A stretch of DNA of 63,631 nt. Source: an uncultured virus (IMG/VR IMGVR_UViG_3300020367_000003) (taxonomy: Duplodnaviria > Heunggongvirae > Uroviricota > Caudoviricetes > Kyanoviridae). A program made the translations under genes and the position numbers. The notes under the pieces are model-generated. The model had not been told where the DNA came from. It did no database searches and saw nothing but the letters and a program-made list of their open reading frames with translations. The DNA lies in IMG/VR virus record IMGVR_UViG_3300020367_000003. One strand, given 5' to 3'. Position 1 is the stretch's first letter, and each line of letters starts with the position of its first letter. Below are positions 15,001 through 21,000 of this stretch, one piece after another.

Positions 15001-18000
15001 CTGGCATATCCATACCAACCCACTGAGGTCTAGGATATGGATGTTGTGTTAAGTCAACAGTAAACTTACCTGCATCATCAATAAATGCCCAGTTTAATAA
15101 TCCGTCACTAGCAACACCAGATGTATGTGATAATGAAATAGTACCAGAAGTACCTGTTGCTTGGACTTCGTAAATCTTCTTATCAGCGTATACTCTATCA
15201 CCCGCAGTATATGCTGTATTTGCTTGCCAAGGTGATTCCTCTTCTTCTGTATTAAAGTAAGTTCCTTCAATCTGGTTAATATCATTTGCTACTGTCCTAT
15301 AACGGTCAGTGTTATTAAAAGTACCATATATTTTACCAACTTGATACTTATTACCATATCCAGGATTCAGGAGAGTTCCTTCTGGAACTTTTACAATAGT
15401 ACCATATGCTTGTGTAACACCAGAGCTGTTGAATTGTTGAAGTATTGATCCTTTAGTCAACTTAATATCTTGACTGAAGGTGAATTCCATTACATTATCA
15501 ATCTTCTGATATAGAGCATCTCTAATATAGAATTTACTGATTACTTCAGGTTCAATAATAAGTTTCTTACCTAGAGGAGATGGTATTGTAGAAGTCTTAG
15601 TACCATACTCAAACTTATTAGCAGTAAATGTATATGTGCCAGGATTCAGGTTAGAAACAACCTGAGACATATCAAGAATCTGTAAACCACCTGCTCCAAC
15701 AATCCATGGACTGATAGCAGATAGACCTACATCAACCCATGTAGTTGTAATCTCATTATCTGTAAAGTCTAATTGTGTATAATTGTCTAGTCCACTAAGT
15801 GCATAACTTCCTCTCTTAGTATGCTCTCTGTCAAATTTAACTAAGGCAGAATCAGAGTTTGAAGTAGTAATTTCAATCTCGGCCGATGGCACACTATAAG
15901 CAGAAAGATATGGAGCAACATCATCAATCACATAGTCATCTACCCATCCAATGAATGTATTGTTAGATGTAGGTCCAGCAGACTTACCACAAAGGACTGC
16001 ACTACCAACACTGATATCAGATGTTGATTGGAAGTTACAAACTAAAGCACCATTGATAAAGACTTCATATTGATAAAGACCTAATGATTCTTCTCTCTTC
16101 TGGAATGTAACATGCACCCATGATGCACCTGCAAATGCAGTCCAGTTAGTAGCAAGAAGAGAAGTTGCAACCTGTACAGAGTTTACATAGATTATAACTT
16201 TCTCATAGTTTGCACTATTAGTATCACCATCCAATTCAACCTGAATTGAATCACCTGCTACTGGTAGAATATCCCAAAGAAGTGGTTTATGGTCTGTAGA
16301 ATGAGCAGTAGAATTCATGGATAACCATGCTCTGAAACTCCACTCTTTAGACTCAAGATTAAGATTAGGAAGAGAAACTGGGTTAACTGCACTTAGTTTA
16401 AGTGCACCAGTGCCATACTTATAGAATGATGAATCATATGATGCGTCAGATGGAGAATAGAAGGTCATTGCTGCCTTATTCTGCTTAGTAAAGTCGTAAT
16501 CTAAATCAGTATCATCATTAAATCTATATGCTGCAATTTGGTCAGACTGTTGTCTGTTAATAACCATTATTACATCACCAGAGTTATCAACTGAGTGAGT
16601 TATAGCTTGGAATCCGATACTTGTAGTATCATCAACTTTAGATTCTTTAATTACGTTACCATCATACTTGATATAGTGGTATATCGCATATCTCTGATTT
16701 TGGTCTTCTATTACATCAGTAACTAAAGTATAATTTCCAAACTTATCTACATTGACTCCTGCATGTCTAATAGCGTCAATATCACCACTAATGGTTACAG
16801 TCTTACTCCATGTCCATGAAGTAGATGCTGTAGATAATGGGAACTTGTTAATCTGGACTTTATCGTATTTCTGTGCTGCACCGTTATATACGTCCCAAAC
16901 TAAGATTACATCGTCATATTCGTCAATAGTGAATTTAGGATTTCTTACATATCCACCTATTGTTGGAATTTGGCGAATATATTCAATTTCAAGGTTTGCA
17001 CCGTCAAACCAGAATACACCGAAGATACAATCGTCATTTTCGTCATTTTGACCAACCATGAAGAATCTATCATCAGATATCCACTGAATCTGATTAATCA
17101 TTTCAGAATCAGTTGCAGATGCAATCTTTCTCTTCTCTACAAGGTCACCATCCAAGTTACACTGGATAATCCACATATCGTTAGGATCTATGGAATTACT
17201 ATCTGTATAACCTGCAAGATAGATACGACCTTCCTGGTCAAGTGCTAAGGAAGTTACCCAATCCCTTCTTGTAGTACCACTGATACCTGCAATCGCTTTC
17301 TGCCATTTAAGAATACCATCAGGTGCATTAGCATTATTAAATCCAGATTCATACTTACCTAACCATATATCAGGATTATATGCTGAATTGTTTGGATCGT
17401 AAGTATGTCCAACAACATATATGAGGTCATTCTCTGGAACTGCGTCAACTAGAATCTTAATGAATTCTGCTTTCTTCTGACCTGCATTTTGAGGAAGAAG
17501 GTTTCTTTCCCAAACAAGTTGACCTAAATCATCAAACTTGGCAAGGAATGCTGCCATATCACCATCTGTCTCAGTGATGCTACCGCAAATATAAGTATAA
17601 CGCTCTTCAGTGGTTACAATATCATTGATACTAACTATACCTGTTGCTTCTTGATATTCAGCTAACCAATACCTTGTTTTCTTGAATTGTTGTGGATGTG
17701 ATACCCTAATCTGAGGAGGATTATCAGAATCGTATCCATTACCTGAGTTAATGATATTAACAGCATTAACTTGACCTGTATTCTCTAATACAAGTGATAA
17801 CTCAGCATCTTGTCCAGATGCAGTAATTAACTCAAATGTTGGAGGAATATCTGTATTATATCCAGTACCTGATTGAGTTATAGCAATATTCTCAACACCC
17901 GCTACAACCTTAACTCTAAACGTCTTATTAGTATTATCAATAACAGGACGTGAGTTTACAATGATTTCATCCTGTTGACGTAATTCATGCTCTATATCAG

Positions 18001-21000
18001 TAGTAATTACACCGTAAGGACGGTCACCAATCATTTCTTTTTGATAACCAATTATATTCTGTCCTTTAACAGATTCAATAAGAGCAGATGCACCAAATCC
18101 ACCAGTTCCTTCATTATCGAAGAATATGGTGTCATTTACCTGATATGAAACACCTGGGTTTTCAACAACGAATCCATCTATCTGAGCATTCTCAAATTGG
18201 GTAGTTGTCTCAACTTCAATATCAACTCTAGACTCTGCTGATACTCTTGGGAAATAATCGTATATTTGTAGAGTTGCCTCTTCAGACATCTCTAATAATT
18301 CTTGTTGCTCATTAGCATCAATCAAACCATCATTATTAGAGTCTTGTATTTCAAAGATGATAGGATAACCTTCTATCTCAGTAGTAAAGACATCAGCAGT
18401 CTGGTTTGGTTGACGGTCAATATCAATGTCAACATCAGTATATGGATCTCTATAACGGACAACTCCATCAGGAATATTCTCCTGTGTTGCTGCTTGATTC
18501 ATATTCCATGAATCTGGAAGTGAGTTAAACTGAGGTCCAACGATATATGGGAATTCAGCAATACCTGCGTCACTAGCATCGATAGTTACGAAGTATGCAT
18601 ATGTGCCATCTGGATAATCAGGTGTTTTACAGAAACGACCATTATATTGGTCTAAATCACCAGATTGGAAATCATAGTAGTAATCATCAACAAATGTTCC
18701 AGCAGCATATGTTGAAATAGGAGGTCCATCTACCCTAGAAGGGTTAGGATTAGTAGTTGCATCAAATACAACATTAGTCTTCAATTTGAAGGATGTACGC
18801 ATCCTTCTGATACCACTATTCTGGTCAGTTGGGTCAATGTAACCATAAGGACCATAAATTGGGTTTCCATCAAATGCCCAACCTATAATAGGTGAGTGGT
18901 CATAGTTAGAAGCAACTTCTTGGAAATTCTGTGTAACAGGATTTAAGAATACGTTATCACCAACAACATATCTTAATTCTTTAGGATCTGATAGGTGAGC
19001 ATATTCACCACCAAACTGGTTGTTAAATCCAGTAAATACATATCCACTTGCACCATCAAACTTGTCTACCAATTCATATTGAAGGTTTCTATTCCATTGG
19101 TAAACTGTAGGTTGGAATGACGCTAATTGACCCACTGCTTCGAGTCTGACGGTTGTTAAACCTTGTGTATACCCAATTCCACGGTTAGTGATAGAAACGC
19201 TTAATACACGTCCTTTATCTTCACCAATTGTACCGATAGTTGCTTTAGCGATTGCACCAAATCCATCACCATTGATTATTACATTAGGTGCTGTTGTATA
19301 GGAATTACCAGAGTTGATAATAGCGATAGAAACGATTCTACCATTTAATACGATTGGTTGTGCTAAAGCATTCTCACCAGAGTTAACTTTAATGTCAGGG
19401 AGTGAAGTATATCCACTACCGAAGTTTGTAATACTAACACTACTAATAGGTCCACGGACACTGGCAGTAGCAGTCGCACCAGTGCCTCCACCTCCAGTAA
19501 TAGAAACTAGGGGTTGAGTCGTATAACCTGAACCTGGTTGCTCAACTAAAATTCTTGTTACTCTACCACCTGTAATAACTGCTTGAGCAGTAGCACCAAT
19601 ACCACCGCCACCTACGATTGATACTAAAGGTGATTCTGTATATCCACTACCCTGTTCTATAACATCAAATGATGAAAGACTACCATTAACTATAACTTCA
19701 GCAGTAGCACCTGTTCCACCACCCCCAGTGATTTCTACGTTGGGTTTAGCACCTGCATCATATCCTTCACCAACGCTAGTAACACTAACAGAGGTTAAAG
19801 GACCATACTGGATATAGTCTGGAGACTTATATGACCATATAGAAACACCGTTGACCCAACTACCTATTGGAGTACCTGGAGCAACTGCTTGTCTTTCTGA
19901 GACGGTTTGTACTGTTCTGGGGAATCTTAAGAGTTTCCTTTGGTTTCCTGGGATGAGAGCTGACCCAGTGAAAGGACCAATCTTATAGTTGGGTAAACCA
20001 GAAGCAGCAACATAAACATAGTTATCGTTGAAAAATGCATTCTGTATGTTAGTTGTAAACTCACTAACAACCTTGTTTATTGATACTACATCAGACTTAC
20101 CTCTGTTTAAGTCAACAGATAAGAGGATATTACCAGTAGGAATTATCTCTGTAGGTGTTGCTATCTGATAAGAGAAAGTAAATTGGTCAATACGTGATGT
20201 AACCGTAAATGTGCCATTATAGACAACTGGGTTAGCACCATATATGGTAACTTGGTCAGAAACCAATAATCCATGTGGGTTACCGCAAACTACAGTCGCA
20301 GTCTGGTTATTAACTCCACCAGGAGTTATAGTGGTAACTTGGATAAGTTTCTTGACGTTATATAACCAAGATTGGAGTCTTAACTCCTCAGCAGTAGATC
20401 CAAGGTTTGCTACCTTTAGTTTATCTCCTTGAAGGTAATATGACCCTGTATCATTAAGAACTGTAGTACCTGCTTCAGCAATTCCTAATATTCTTAACTT
20501 ACATTGCTGTGCTGTTCCAAAGTTAGTCCAAACGTAAATATCGGACTGAATTATTGTTCCTGGATCCCAATCTTCAACAATTCCGTTTTTGCTTCTGGTA
20601 CATTCAATGAATTGGTTTAGAGATTTCTCTTTATATTGTACTTCTTCTTCATCATTTATTCTTATGGTACCATTTCTTTCAGGCCATCCAATAGTAGAGT
20701 CAACAGTGATTATTTGCCCAGTGGTCGTTAATGGCTCAACAAGACGAGTTTTATAAGGAATAATGAAGCTTCCAACCAAGGTTTCTTCAGAAATCGCCAA
20801 TTCGTAGATTGTATCGGTTCCTTCGATGATTGTAATGACGTTTTCAATCAATGCAGACGCAGCAGTAACATTAGGGTCTACATCATCGGCATATTGGTTA
20901 ACTTGGGAGTCAATTAGGTTATTTGGGTCTCCTTCCATCAATTCGGCTCTTAAAACCGTGTCTACAACCCAAGTTGCATGAGATGGACTGATTATTTCAT

